NCBI GenBank assembly: GCA_029942245.1
Contig: JAOZTN010000006.1
Location: 1 to 50,097 of the forward strand
Source of the DNA: Bacteroidales bacterium
GTDB lineage: Bacteria > Bacteroidota > Bacteroidia > Bacteroidales > B18-G4
Direction of reading: 5' to 3'
DNA length: 50,097 nucleotides
This document shows positions 27,777 to 36,796 of this stretch, piece by piece (position 1 is the first letter of the stretch; each line of letters begins with the position of its first letter). The notes beneath the pieces were generated by a model. That model was not told the DNA's origin. It was given only the letters and a program-made list of their open reading frames with translations, and ran no database searches. Both the position numbers and the translations under genes were made by a program.

Positions 27777-30155
27777 TTACTCGTTATTAAGTGTCTTCAC
27801 GGGGCTGGTTCTCATTGCCTTTAATAGGTGATATGCTATTGTGAGCATAATAATAGTAATGGTGATCAGTAATCCGTAACCAAAAAACAGGAAATCTATA
27901 TTAACCCTGTAAGTGAAGTTCTCCAGCCAGTTGTGCATTAAAACCCATGCGATCGGCCAAATGATGATGTTTGCCAGCACTCCCAACTTCAGAAAGCTGG
28001 ACGACAAGTTTAAAATGAGATCATTAGCCCCTGCTCCCAATACCTTTCTTATTGCAATTTCATGGGTTCTTTTTTCTATTGTGAAAGCAGCAAGTCCAAA
28101 TAATCCAAGGCAGGAAATAAAAATGGCGAGAAAAGTAAAAGTAGCGAATAAGATCTCTTTTCTTTGTTCATCAATATAGAGGTCATTAAGTTCTTGTGAC
28201 AGGGATTCATATTCGAAAGGAAACTCCGGGTTATAGTATTCCCATACTTCGCTGAGCTTTGCTATTGCTCGTTTTTCAGCATTGGGTTCATGTCGTACGA
28301 TAAGGTAATTAAAATAGTCCCCTGTTCTAAACACCAATGGTTCAATCACTTCGCGAAGTGATTTGAAGTGAAAGTCTTCAATTACACCTATAATAATTCC
28401 TCGTTGTTCTCCTTGTTGGAACCATTTCCCAACAGGATTTTTCATTCCCATATGCAGGGCTGCCGATTCATTGATCACATAGTTAGTAGAATCAGTTGTG
28501 TTCTCAAACCAGCGCCCTTCTTTGATAGTGAGCTGCATGGTTTGCTGAAAATCAAAACTTGTTGTATAGAAATACAAGAACTTTTCATCTGCTTCTTCTT
28601 TACCTTCCCAACTGGTATTTCCCCATAAATGAATTGTGGTTGTGGGAATATCGGAAGAGATACTTACATTGTTTATGGCAGGATCGGAAAGTAACATATT
28701 CTTCAATCCCTGGTAGTCTTCAAGAAGGTCTGCTCTGTCGGGAACATAGAGTAGGTTGTTTCTGTCAAAACCAAGGTCTTTTGTGCTTACAAGATTTAGC
28801 TGATCCCTCACCACCAGTGTGGCGATGATGAGCATGACCGAAATGCTGATCTGTATAATGAACAGAAGCTTTCTGATTCCGGTGGCTCCTCCTTTTTTGG
28901 AGTAATTACCTTTCAGGACTGAGGCCGGTTGAAATGATGAAAGATAAAATGCTGGATAAACACCCGCTATGACCCCGGTGATGCTCACTATAATAATAAA
29001 TAGGAGAAAATTCCATGTTGTAAATGATTGAAATAGCGTGAGATTCTTGCCTGTGAATTCATTGAATTCAGGTAAAAAGAGCTCGACAATAAGCAATGAA
29101 ATGGCCAATGCGATCAAGGAGTAGAGAACAGTTTCTCCAATAAACTGCCTGATAAGCTGTATCCGGGTAGCACCAGATACTTTCCTCAACCCTACTTCCT
29201 TTGCTCTTCCTGCTGCTTTAGCTGTTGTTAAATTGATAAAGTTAATACAGGCAATGAGCAAAATGAAAAATGCAATGACGATGAAATAATAAACATCATT
29301 GTTGATCTCGGATTCCGAATCGGCAAGGTCGATATCCATGTTTGATTTTAGATGTATGTCGGTAAGAGCCTGTAGGTAGAAGCCAACTGAAATGTCTTCG
29401 CCCATGAGCTCTATCATAAGGTCATTAATTTTCTTGCCAACGGTATCGATGTTTGCACCTTCTTTAAGTACAAAATAGTTATTGAAATAGAAGTTACCCC
29501 AACCTGTAGTAGCACCTCGTTTTTCCAAGATCTCAAACGGAATTACAAAATCAAACTTTAAATGAGAATTCTCAGGTACATTCTCGCAAACGCCGATGAT
29601 CACAAAATTTACATCATTGAAAAATCGCAGCGTATGGCCTATGGGATTCTTGTCGCCAAAGTATTTCTCGGCAATGGATTCGCTTATTACAACTGAATAA
29701 GGATCCATCATTAATTGCTCAGGGTCACCTTGCTTGAGTTTGAATGTGAATACATCAAAGAAATTAGAGTCGACAAAAACCCTCCTGCTTTCATAATAGG
29801 ACCTTAAACTTTGTGTGCTATCATCTGGATCTATAGTGACCAGCATATTATCGGCATAAGGCCTGAAAGTTGTATAATTGATAATTTCCGGGATGTTCTC
29901 TTTGATGTATTTCCCGGCAGGTGCCGGGCCCACTGCAGCTTTAAAAGGCTTCCCTCCCTGATCCGTGTAAGTAATGAGTCGGCAAATTCTCGTGGCGTCC
30001 TCATGAAAGCGGTCATAACTTAATTCATCTCTTATCCAGAGCATAATCAGGATGAATGCAGCCATCCCAATGCTTAGTCCAACGATGTTGATAATAGAGA
30101 AAAGTTTGTTTCTTGTAAAATTTCGAAAGCTAATCTTAAGGAAATTTCTTACCAT
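27777..30155 (-). CDS. MacB/FtsX-like ABC transporter permease (duplicated, ~800 aa)
   Basis: INIVGLSIG, IACINFINL, RAKEVGLRK, DLGF and CLGLFGL...EIAIRKVLGA motifs. Confidence 0.9.
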   Translation of the reverse strand: MVRNFLKISFRNFTRNKLFSIINIVGLSIGMAAFILIMLWIRDELSYDRFHEDATRICRLITYTDQGGKPFKAAVGPAPAGKYIKENIPEIINYTTFRPYADNMLVTIDPDDSTQSLRSYYESRRVFVDSNFFDVFTFKLKQGDPEQLMMDPYSVVISESIAEKYFGDKNPIGHTLRFFNDVNFVIIGVCENVPENSHLKFDFVIPFEILEKRGATTGWGNFYFNNYFVLKEGANIDTVGKKINDLMIELMGEDISVGFYLQALTDIHLKSNMDIDLADSESEINNDVYYFIVIAFFILLIACINFINLTTAKAAGRAKEVGLRKVSGATRIQLIRQFIGETVLYSLIALAISLLIVELFLPEFNEFTGKNLTLFQSFTTWNFLLFIIIVSITGVIAGVYPAFYLSSFQPASVLKGNYSKKGGATGIRKLLFIIQISISVMLIIATLVVRDQLNLVSTKDLGFDRNNLLYVPDRADLLEDYQGLKNMLLSDPAINNVSISSDIPTTTIHLWGNTSWEGKEEADEKFLYFYTTSFDFQQTMQLTIKEGRWFENTTDSTNYVINESAALHMGMKNPVGKWFQQGEQRGIIIGVIEDFHFKSLREVIEPLVFRTGDYFNYLIVRHEPNAEKRAIAKLSEVWEYYNPEFPFEYESLSQELNDLYIDEQRKEILFATFTFLAIFISCLGLFGLAAFTIEKRTHEIAIRKVLGAGANDLILNLSSSFLKLGVLANIIIWPIAWVLMHNWLENFTYRVNIDFLFFGYGLLITITIIMLTIAYHLLKAMRTSPVKTLNNE

Positions 30156-30193
30156 AGTTTGGATGTATCTACGAACTATTAATTTATGAATTA

Positions 30194-30313
30194 TTACTCA
30201 TGCTTAAGAATATCCGCTGGATTGCTTCTGGCCAGGCCCAGGATGTTGATTATGGAAAAAAGTTTGTTTCGGAACAAATTCCGAATGGCAATGACGAGAT
30301 AATTTCTAAACAT
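30194..30313 (-). pseudogene. 39-codon remnant of an ABC permease (N-terminus fused in frame to C-terminus)
   Basis: Translates MFRNYLVIAIRNLFRNKLFSIINILGLA-RSNPADILKHE*, matching the first ~28 and last ~11 residues of the neighbouring permeases. Confidence 0.88.
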
Positions 30314-30337
30314 TAGCTGCAAAAAAAATAAAATAAT

Positions 30338-30366
30338 TCAACACTCAACACTCAAAACCCAACACT
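30338..30366 (+). repeat. Heptamer tract (TCAACAC-like) x ~4
   Basis: tcaacac-tcaacac-tcaaaac-ccaacac; reverse-complementary to the tracts at 36434-36465 and 17841-17854. Confidence 0.7.
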
Positions 30367-32787
30367 TTATTCATACTTGATCGCATCCACCGGATTTGAC
30401 GATGCTGCCCTCAGGATATGGAAGCTGATACTGAGCATACCCACTGCGAGTGCCATCACTCCGCCAAGGATAAAGGCAAATACTCCGATCTGGATATGGA
30501 ATGCAAAGTTTTGCAGCCACAGATCAAGTACATACCATGATACCGGAATAGCCAGCACAAAGGCAATCACAATTAGTATTGCGAAGTCGCGGTATAGCAG
30601 GTTCACGATATTGGGCATAGTGGCACCGAGCACCTTTCTGATGCCGATCTCCTTCGTACGCTGCTCAGCGATGAATGATGATAAGCCTAATAATCCCAAA
30701 AGGGCTATGAAGATCGTTAAGAAGGTCGCAATACTGAAGATGATCCCCAGGTTCTTTTCGGCAATATACATTTCATCCCATGTTTCTTCAAGAAACCTGT
30801 AATCGAATGGCCGGTTTGCACCGAAATCGTTCCACTTTTCCTCAATAAAATCAATTGTATTCTGCATATTCTCGCCACTGATACGGATACTCAGATGGAC
30901 CTTTCTGAACTCTGCAGGAAACATCATCTGCTGCTGTACATTGTTATGCAGGGATTTGAAATGATAATCTTCAATCACTCCGATCACTTTCATGATCCTC
31001 CCTTCTTCACCATCAAGGCCAAATCCCCAGTTAACTTTTTTTCCAATGGGATTGTCATCCCATCCGTAGGCCTTTACCAATGCTTCATTTACCACTACGG
31101 CAGCTGAATCATCAGTACCCATACTTTCATCAAAAAATCTTCCTTCCTTCAAGGTGATACCATAAACATCAATATAGTGATAGTCGACAATTGTAATAAT
31201 ACTGGATTCATCTATCCATCCCGAATCCTTTTCCATCCTTACCACCTGTATCCAGGTGTTTGCCCCCGGAACGCCAATTGAATTTGTTACACCCAGGATA
31301 TCCGGATTCTGGAGCAACTCTTCTCTGAACATCTCGGCCTTCGCCCTTAAAGAAGTGTCTTGCAATTCGAGGATCATCATATTGTCCATTTCAAATCCCA
31401 GGTCCTTGTTTTTAAGGAAGCTGAGTTGTTGTGCAACAATAATGGCTCCAATGATCATGGAAGTTGCAATGAAAAACTGGAAAACCACCAGGATTTTCCT
31501 GAGAATTCCGCTTCCTCCTGTTTTTGCAACCGTGCCTTTGACTACGGTTACGGGATTAAAGGATGAAAGGTAAAATGCAGGATAACTACCTGAAATGAGC
31601 CCGATAATTGTTGCCACCACAATCATCACAAGGGTGAAGCCCGGGTTTATAAAAATATCAGGGTTCACACTTTTGCCTGATACGAGATTAAATTCTGGCA
31701 GCAATAGGTAAACGAATAAGGCTGCTATAACGAGGGATATATAACTTAATAGCAATGATTCTCCGAGAAATTGCCCAATTAGCTGACCTTTTTGTGCACC
31801 GGCCACCTTTCTGATCCCTACTTCCCTGGCCCTCTTGGTTGATCGGGCTGTGGCCATATTCATATAGTTGATGGCCGCGATGAGTAGAATAAACAGGGCA
31901 ACAGCAATGAAAATGTATATAAATGCCCTGTTCCCTTTAGGAAAGTCTGATCCAACATGCTCAGAAAAGTGCTGATCAGCCAATGGTGTCGACATCAGGT
32001 CATAACTGGCGTTGATTTGGTCGCCGATGTCTTTCATGTATTTCTCGTAAAACTCCGGAAACTTGTCATGAATAGACTGCATCTCACTGTTCTCATTCAG
32101 CATGATGTAGGTATACACTCCGATATTCCAGAATCTGCCGGGTTCCATGCTGTTAAACTCTTCTTCTCCAGCTTCCGCAGCCAGGGTAGTCCCTGATATT
32201 AATGCATCAAAGCGGAGGTGTGAGTTCGACGGCACATCTTCCATTACTCCGGTAACCTTGAACTGCCTGCCTGTGCCTTGTTCAAGGATCAGGCCCATCG
32301 GATCTTCATCGCCAAAGTACTTTTCAGCGATCGACTTTGTAAGGACGATGGAGAGGGGCTCCACAAGGCATTTTCCCGGATCGCCCACGATCAGCTTGTG
32401 TGTGAATACCTGGAAGAAAGTTGAGTCAGTATAATAAATGTCTTCTTCATATGACTCCTTCTCATTATACCTGAAAAGTGAATTCCCGGCTCCGAATATT
32501 CTGTTCACGGCAATAATTTCGGGATACTCCAGCATTAGCGCCGGACCCATGGGCACCGGTACAATAGCAAACAATTCATTCTTTCCTGCAATGGTAAAGT
32601 TTGACTCCAGCCGGTGTATCTGTGAAGCATTTTCATGATAGGCATCATATGACATTTCATCGTTGATGTGTAGATACAAAAAAATGAAGGCCGTTAGTCC
32701 AATAGATAAACCGAGGATATTCAGGAAGGAATAGAACTTGTTCTTCACAATATTCCTGAAGGCACTCTTAATATAATTTTTGATCAT
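30367..32787 (-). CDS. MacB/FtsX-like ABC transporter permease
   Basis: LNILGLSIG, AAINYMNM, RAREVGIRK, EQRTKEIGIRKVLGA and terminal NPVDAIKYE. Confidence 0.9.
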   Translation of the reverse strand: MIKNYIKSAFRNIVKNKFYSFLNILGLSIGLTAFIFLYLHINDEMSYDAYHENASQIHRLESNFTIAGKNELFAIVPVPMGPALMLEYPEIIAVNRIFGAGNSLFRYNEKESYEEDIYYTDSTFFQVFTHKLIVGDPGKCLVEPLSIVLTKSIAEKYFGDEDPMGLILEQGTGRQFKVTGVMEDVPSNSHLRFDALISGTTLAAEAGEEEFNSMEPGRFWNIGVYTYIMLNENSEMQSIHDKFPEFYEKYMKDIGDQINASYDLMSTPLADQHFSEHVGSDFPKGNRAFIYIFIAVALFILLIAAINYMNMATARSTKRAREVGIRKVAGAQKGQLIGQFLGESLLLSYISLVIAALFVYLLLPEFNLVSGKSVNPDIFINPGFTLVMIVVATIIGLISGSYPAFYLSSFNPVTVVKGTVAKTGGSGILRKILVVFQFFIATSMIIGAIIVAQQLSFLKNKDLGFEMDNMMILELQDTSLRAKAEMFREELLQNPDILGVTNSIGVPGANTWIQVVRMEKDSGWIDESSIITIVDYHYIDVYGITLKEGRFFDESMGTDDSAAVVVNEALVKAYGWDDNPIGKKVNWGFGLDGEEGRIMKVIGVIEDYHFKSLHNNVQQQMMFPAEFRKVHLSIRISGENMQNTIDFIEEKWNDFGANRPFDYRFLEETWDEMYIAEKNLGIIFSIATFLTIFIALLGLLGLSSFIAEQRTKEIGIRKVLGATMPNIVNLLYRDFAILIVIAFVLAIPVSWYVLDLWLQNFAFHIQIGVFAFILGGVMALAVGMLSISFHILRAASSNPVDAIKYE

Positions 32788-32811
32788 GGTTGGGTGGCTT
32801 TTGGGTTTATT

Positions 32812-33486
32812 TTACTTGATGTTCTCGGTGATGATCTGGCCGTCGAAAAGGCGGACAATACGTTGCGCATATTCTGCATCGCGTTGGGAGTGTGTAACGA
32901 TGATGATGGTGGTTCCCTCTGCATTCAATGATTCGAGCAGATTCATCACTTCCTCACCATTGACGGAGTCAAGGTTCCCTGTTGGCTCATCGGCCAGGAT
33001 CAGGTGGGGGTTGGCAACTACTGCACGGGCCACGGCCACACGCTGTTGCTGTCCACCGGATAACTGCATGGGAAAGTGCTTCTTCCTGTGAAGGATCTGC
33101 ATCTTTTCCAGTACCTCTTCAACGCGCTTTTTGCGCTGCGATGCCGGCATGCCCAGATAGATAAGCGGAAGTTCCACATTTTCATGTACGTTGAGTTCGT
33201 CGATCAGGTTAAAACTCTGGAATACGAATCCAATATTTTTCTTCCGTAGCTTGGCGCGCTGGCGTTCATTCATGCTGGCAACCTCCTTGTCGTTGAACAG
33301 ATAACTTCCTCCACTCGGATTATCGAGCAGGCCGAGAATGTTCAGCAGGGTAGATTTCCCGCAGCCGGAAGGCCCCATAATAGCTACAAACTCTCCGGGT
33401 TTTACCCGAAAACTGACTTCATCCAGGGCTGTGGTTTCTACCTCGTCAGTCCTGAAGATCTTACTTAATTTTTCTGTTTTGATCAT
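32812..33486 (-). CDS. ABC transporter ATP-binding protein (MacB/LolD type)
   Basis: Walker A GPSGCGKS, signature LSGGQQQR, ADEPTGNLD and VTH. Confidence 0.95.
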   Translation of the reverse strand: MIKTEKLSKIFRTDEVETTALDEVSFRVKPGEFVAIMGPSGCGKSTLLNILGLLDNPSGGSYLFNDKEVASMNERQRAKLRKKNIGFVFQSFNLIDELNVHENVELPLIYLGMPASQRKKRVEEVLEKMQILHRKKHFPMQLSGGQQQRVAVARAVVANPHLILADEPTGNLDSVNGEEVMNLLESLNAEGTTIIIVTHSQRDAEYAQRIVRLFDGQIITENIK

Positions 33487-33549
33487 TGCTGTGATATTTA
33501 ATTATAAATATTTAAAATATGACGATGTGTCCGTGTATTAGTTACATAA

Positions 33550-35958
33550 TTATTCATACTTCAATGTGTCTGCCGGGTTTGTCCTCGATGCAAACCAGGC
33601 TTTGATAGCTGTGATGATCAATGCCAGGGCCATGGCTATGAGGGCAGCAACTAGGAACATCACCCAATTGAGGGAGGTTCGGTAAGCAAAGTGTGCCAGC
33701 CAGTCGGAGATCACCAGCCATGATACTACCCAGGCCAGGATGCTGGCAATGGTGATCAGCCAGAAAAATTCTAGCGACAGCAGCTTGATAATATGCAGTG
33801 ATCCGGCTCCCATTACCTTTCTGATCCCGATCTCATGGGTGCGCTTTTCTGCCATGAATGATACCAGGCCAAAGATGCCCAGTCCGGCAATGATGAGGAT
33901 GAGAATGGTGAAGATAAATGAGAGGGTGCTCAGGTTATTCTCATCAGCATAAAGTTTCTTTAATTCCTGGTCCAGGAAGGAGTATTCGAACGGACGTGTT
34001 GGAGCATAATTATTCCAAACCGTATTCACCAAATCAATGACTTCCTGTTCTTTCCCTGCCTGGTATTTGATGGCAACATATTTCAGGAACCACCTGATCT
34101 CGGGAGGGTTTTCCTTCATATTTAATACGAAAGGCCCGCTGGCTTCATGCAGGGAGGTGACATGGAAATCATTGATCACTCCGATCACCCTTTCATCGCC
34201 ATTTAGCGACCTGAACTTCTTGCCCAGGGCAGCTTCATTGCTTTCCCATCCCATATGTCTGACCATAGCTTCATTGATCAGTATCCCTGTGGCGGGATCG
34301 GAGGTGTTGGTTTCCTGATAATCCCTTCCCGCCAGGGTCTTGATTCCGAAGGTATTCAGGAAATTCCACTGAACAACCAGTGCCGGATAGAATTGCCACT
34401 GATCTTCGGGAAAGCCTTCAGGCCTGAACTCATGCGTGTTGTGGGCAGCTCCAAAGATATCGTCCATGGCGGTGACATTCAGTATCTTTGAGTCCTGCAT
34501 CAATTCTTTGCTGAAAGCCTCATAGCTTCTGGCGATGGGAGTGCGGTTTATCGGCACCACCATGATGTTTTCCTTGTTGAAACCCAAACTGGCATTCTTC
34601 AGGTAGTTTAGCTGGTTGAAGATCACCATGGTGCCGATGATCAGGCTGATCGATATGGTAAACTGGAGAACGACCAACAACTTTCTGGAAAAGCCACTGT
34701 TCCTGCCAAGCCCACGGTCGCCGTTCAACACATTCAGAGGCTTGAAGGCCGAAAGGTAGAAAGCAGGGTAGATGCCTGCAAAGAATCCTGTTAGCAAACC
34801 CAGTAGGACCAATGCAACAATATTTATGGGTTGCAGCAGTATGGATAATTCAAAATTCTTACCCGTAAAGGTATTGAAGGCCGGGATCGTTAATTCTACC
34901 ACGATGATGGCCAGCAGGAGAGAGATGTAGGTCAGGATAAATGATTCGCCCATAAACTGTGAGATCAGCCTGTACCTTGAAACTCCAATGGTTTTCTTGA
35001 TCCCGATCTCACGTGCCCGGTTTCCTGAGGTGGCGGTGGACAAATTCATAAAGTTGATGGCCGCTATTAGCAGAAGGAAGAGCGCAATTGATGTAAGAAT
35101 ATATATGTATGAACGGTTGCTGTTCTGCTCGATCTCATAGTCCAGCCTTGATTCAAGATGTATGCTGGTGAGCGACTGCAGGTATAAGGTCACATTGTCT
35201 TTTTCGGCATCGTAGAAATACTTTTCTACAAATCCCGCAAACTCTTTTTCGAGCATATCGGGTGTGGCTCCTTTAGCCAGCAGCATATAGGTCCAGCATG
35301 GATTCCAGACCCAGGTCTGGGGAAGCCGGCCACCATAGGCTGCTTTCACCGATGACATAGACCCTATGAAATCGAAAATATAATGCGATTGTGTGGGAAC
35401 ATCCTCGATGACACCACTGACCTTGAGCGGAGCAACCTCTTCAAACTTCAGGATCTCACCCATGGGGTCTTCGTCTCCGAAATACTTCACGGCCATCGAC
35501 TTAGTGATGACCACGGCATTGATCTCATCCAGGGCAGTGGCAGGGTCACCCTGAATAAATTTATGCTTGAAGATCTCGAAAAAGGTCGAATCGGCAAAGA
35601 AGAACCTTCGTTCATTATATTTATGCTCACCGTATTCTACCAGGCTACGCGGAGCCTGGAAGTTGTATAGCCGGCAGATATTCTCTACCAGGCCGGGGAA
35701 ATCATTTTTCAGGGTAAAAGCCACAGGAAAAGGCAAACTTGCGGAGTTCTCTCCAACGCCTTCAAAATCGTATAGTTGTGCAATTCGATATATGTCGTCG
35801 GAGCGCTCATGGTAGCGGTCGTAGCCCAGCTCATCCATCACATAGATCATGATCAGGATGAAACTGGATATACCAATGGCCAGCCCGATGACATTTATCA
35901 GCGAATAAGTCCTTCGCTTGATAAGGTATCTGATGGCTGTCCTGAAAAAATGAAGCAT
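33550..35958 (-). CDS. MacB/FtsX-like ABC transporter permease
   Basis: INVIGLAIG, AAINFMNL, RAREIGIKK, EIGIRKVMGA and terminal NPADTLKYE. Confidence 0.9.
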   Translation of the reverse strand: MLHFFRTAIRYLIKRRTYSLINVIGLAIGISSFILIMIYVMDELGYDRYHERSDDIYRIAQLYDFEGVGENSASLPFPVAFTLKNDFPGLVENICRLYNFQAPRSLVEYGEHKYNERRFFFADSTFFEIFKHKFIQGDPATALDEINAVVITKSMAVKYFGDEDPMGEILKFEEVAPLKVSGVIEDVPTQSHYIFDFIGSMSSVKAAYGGRLPQTWVWNPCWTYMLLAKGATPDMLEKEFAGFVEKYFYDAEKDNVTLYLQSLTSIHLESRLDYEIEQNSNRSYIYILTSIALFLLLIAAINFMNLSTATSGNRAREIGIKKTIGVSRYRLISQFMGESFILTYISLLLAIIVVELTIPAFNTFTGKNFELSILLQPINIVALVLLGLLTGFFAGIYPAFYLSAFKPLNVLNGDRGLGRNSGFSRKLLVVLQFTISISLIIGTMVIFNQLNYLKNASLGFNKENIMVVPINRTPIARSYEAFSKELMQDSKILNVTAMDDIFGAAHNTHEFRPEGFPEDQWQFYPALVVQWNFLNTFGIKTLAGRDYQETNTSDPATGILINEAMVRHMGWESNEAALGKKFRSLNGDERVIGVINDFHVTSLHEASGPFVLNMKENPPEIRWFLKYVAIKYQAGKEQEVIDLVNTVWNNYAPTRPFEYSFLDQELKKLYADENNLSTLSFIFTILILIIAGLGIFGLVSFMAEKRTHEIGIRKVMGAGSLHIIKLLSLEFFWLITIASILAWVVSWLVISDWLAHFAYRTSLNWVMFLVAALIAMALALIITAIKAWFASRTNPADTLKYE

Positions 35959-35973
35959 ATTCTATCGTTTGTT

Positions 35974-36426
35974 TTATTCGGGAATCTGAAAATATATCTT
36001 GCTGACGATCTTCCAGCCATCCACAAACTTATATAGCGAAAGATAATCAGTATAGATCTTCTCGCCTGCTTTGCTCAGATGGATCTTGGCCACAGCAGCC
36101 GTTCCGGTGATGTCGATAAACTCGAACTCACAACTGGTGATCTCTTCTTTCGGAAGTGGATCGGGATTCTTGGCTTGCCCCATTTCTTCATATATAATCC
36201 AGTTGTAAATGGGGAACTTACTTACCATGTCGTTTTTAAAGACGAGGAGCTCGAAGCCCGGATGGAAACCCTCACGGGTGGCATCGAGGTCGCCATTGTT
36301 CTGCAGTCCATCAACATAGGCAGTAAGGATCAGGCTCTTGATAGCATCTTTGTCTTTTTCAACATCCTGAGCAAATACAAAAGCACACATGCTGAGGAGG
36401 AGAAATAATGTAAATAGTTTTTTCAT
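35974..36426 (-). CDS. Exported NTF2-like (putative lumazine-binding family) protein
   Basis: Signal peptide ending VFA-Q; IDITGTAAVAK...YTDYLSLYK..GWKIVSK motif. Confidence 0.8.
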   Translation of the reverse strand: MKKLFTLFLLLSMCAFVFAQDVEKDKDAIKSLILTAYVDGLQNNGDLDATREGFHPGFELLVFKNDMVSKFPIYNWIIYEEMGQAKNPDPLPKEEITSCEFEFIDITGTAAVAKIHLSKAGEKIYTDYLSLYKFVDGWKIVSKIYFQIPE

Positions 36427-36433
36427 CTTTTAA

Positions 36434-36465
36434 GGTTTTGAGTGTTGGGGGTTGGGTTTTGAGTT
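36434..36465 (-). repeat. Degenerate heptamer tract, inverted relative to 30338-30366
   Basis: ggttttgagtgttgggggttgggttttgagtt contains two exact 14-nt reverse complements of the 30346-30363 region. Confidence 0.65.
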
Positions 36466-36488
36466 ATACTAAATCTTACTTTTTGATT

Positions 36489-36761
36489 TTAGGATACCAT
36501 AGTACCTGGTTTCTTCCTGAACATCAGGGGAATATTGTCTTTTCCCGGTGCCCCGATCTCCATTAGCTCCCAATCTTTGTCGTATTCTTCTATCTTTTTC
36601 TTCAGGATGGGAACATGGCTGCTGGGGGGATCGTCGTTTCCTTCCCAGGTCAGCAATTCAACCCTGTATTGAAGGGTCTTCTTGCGTCCATTGATCCTGA
36701 CTTCGATCTCAATGTTTTGTTCTACATCTACATCAGGGATTAGGATTACAACTTCTTTCAT
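36489..36761 (-). CDS. Small hypothetical protein (~90 aa)
   Basis: Co-oriented ORF filling the operon gap. ATG 36761 (MKEVVIL) is preferred over 36800. Confidence 0.6.
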   Translation of the reverse strand: MKEVVILIPDVDVEQNIEIEVRINGRKKTLQYRVELLTWEGNDDPPSSHVPILKKKIEEYDKDWELMEIGAPGKDNIPLMFRKKPGTMVS

Positions 36762-36796
36762 AGCGAATAGGTTTAAGGGTTGATATTTTATATGGG

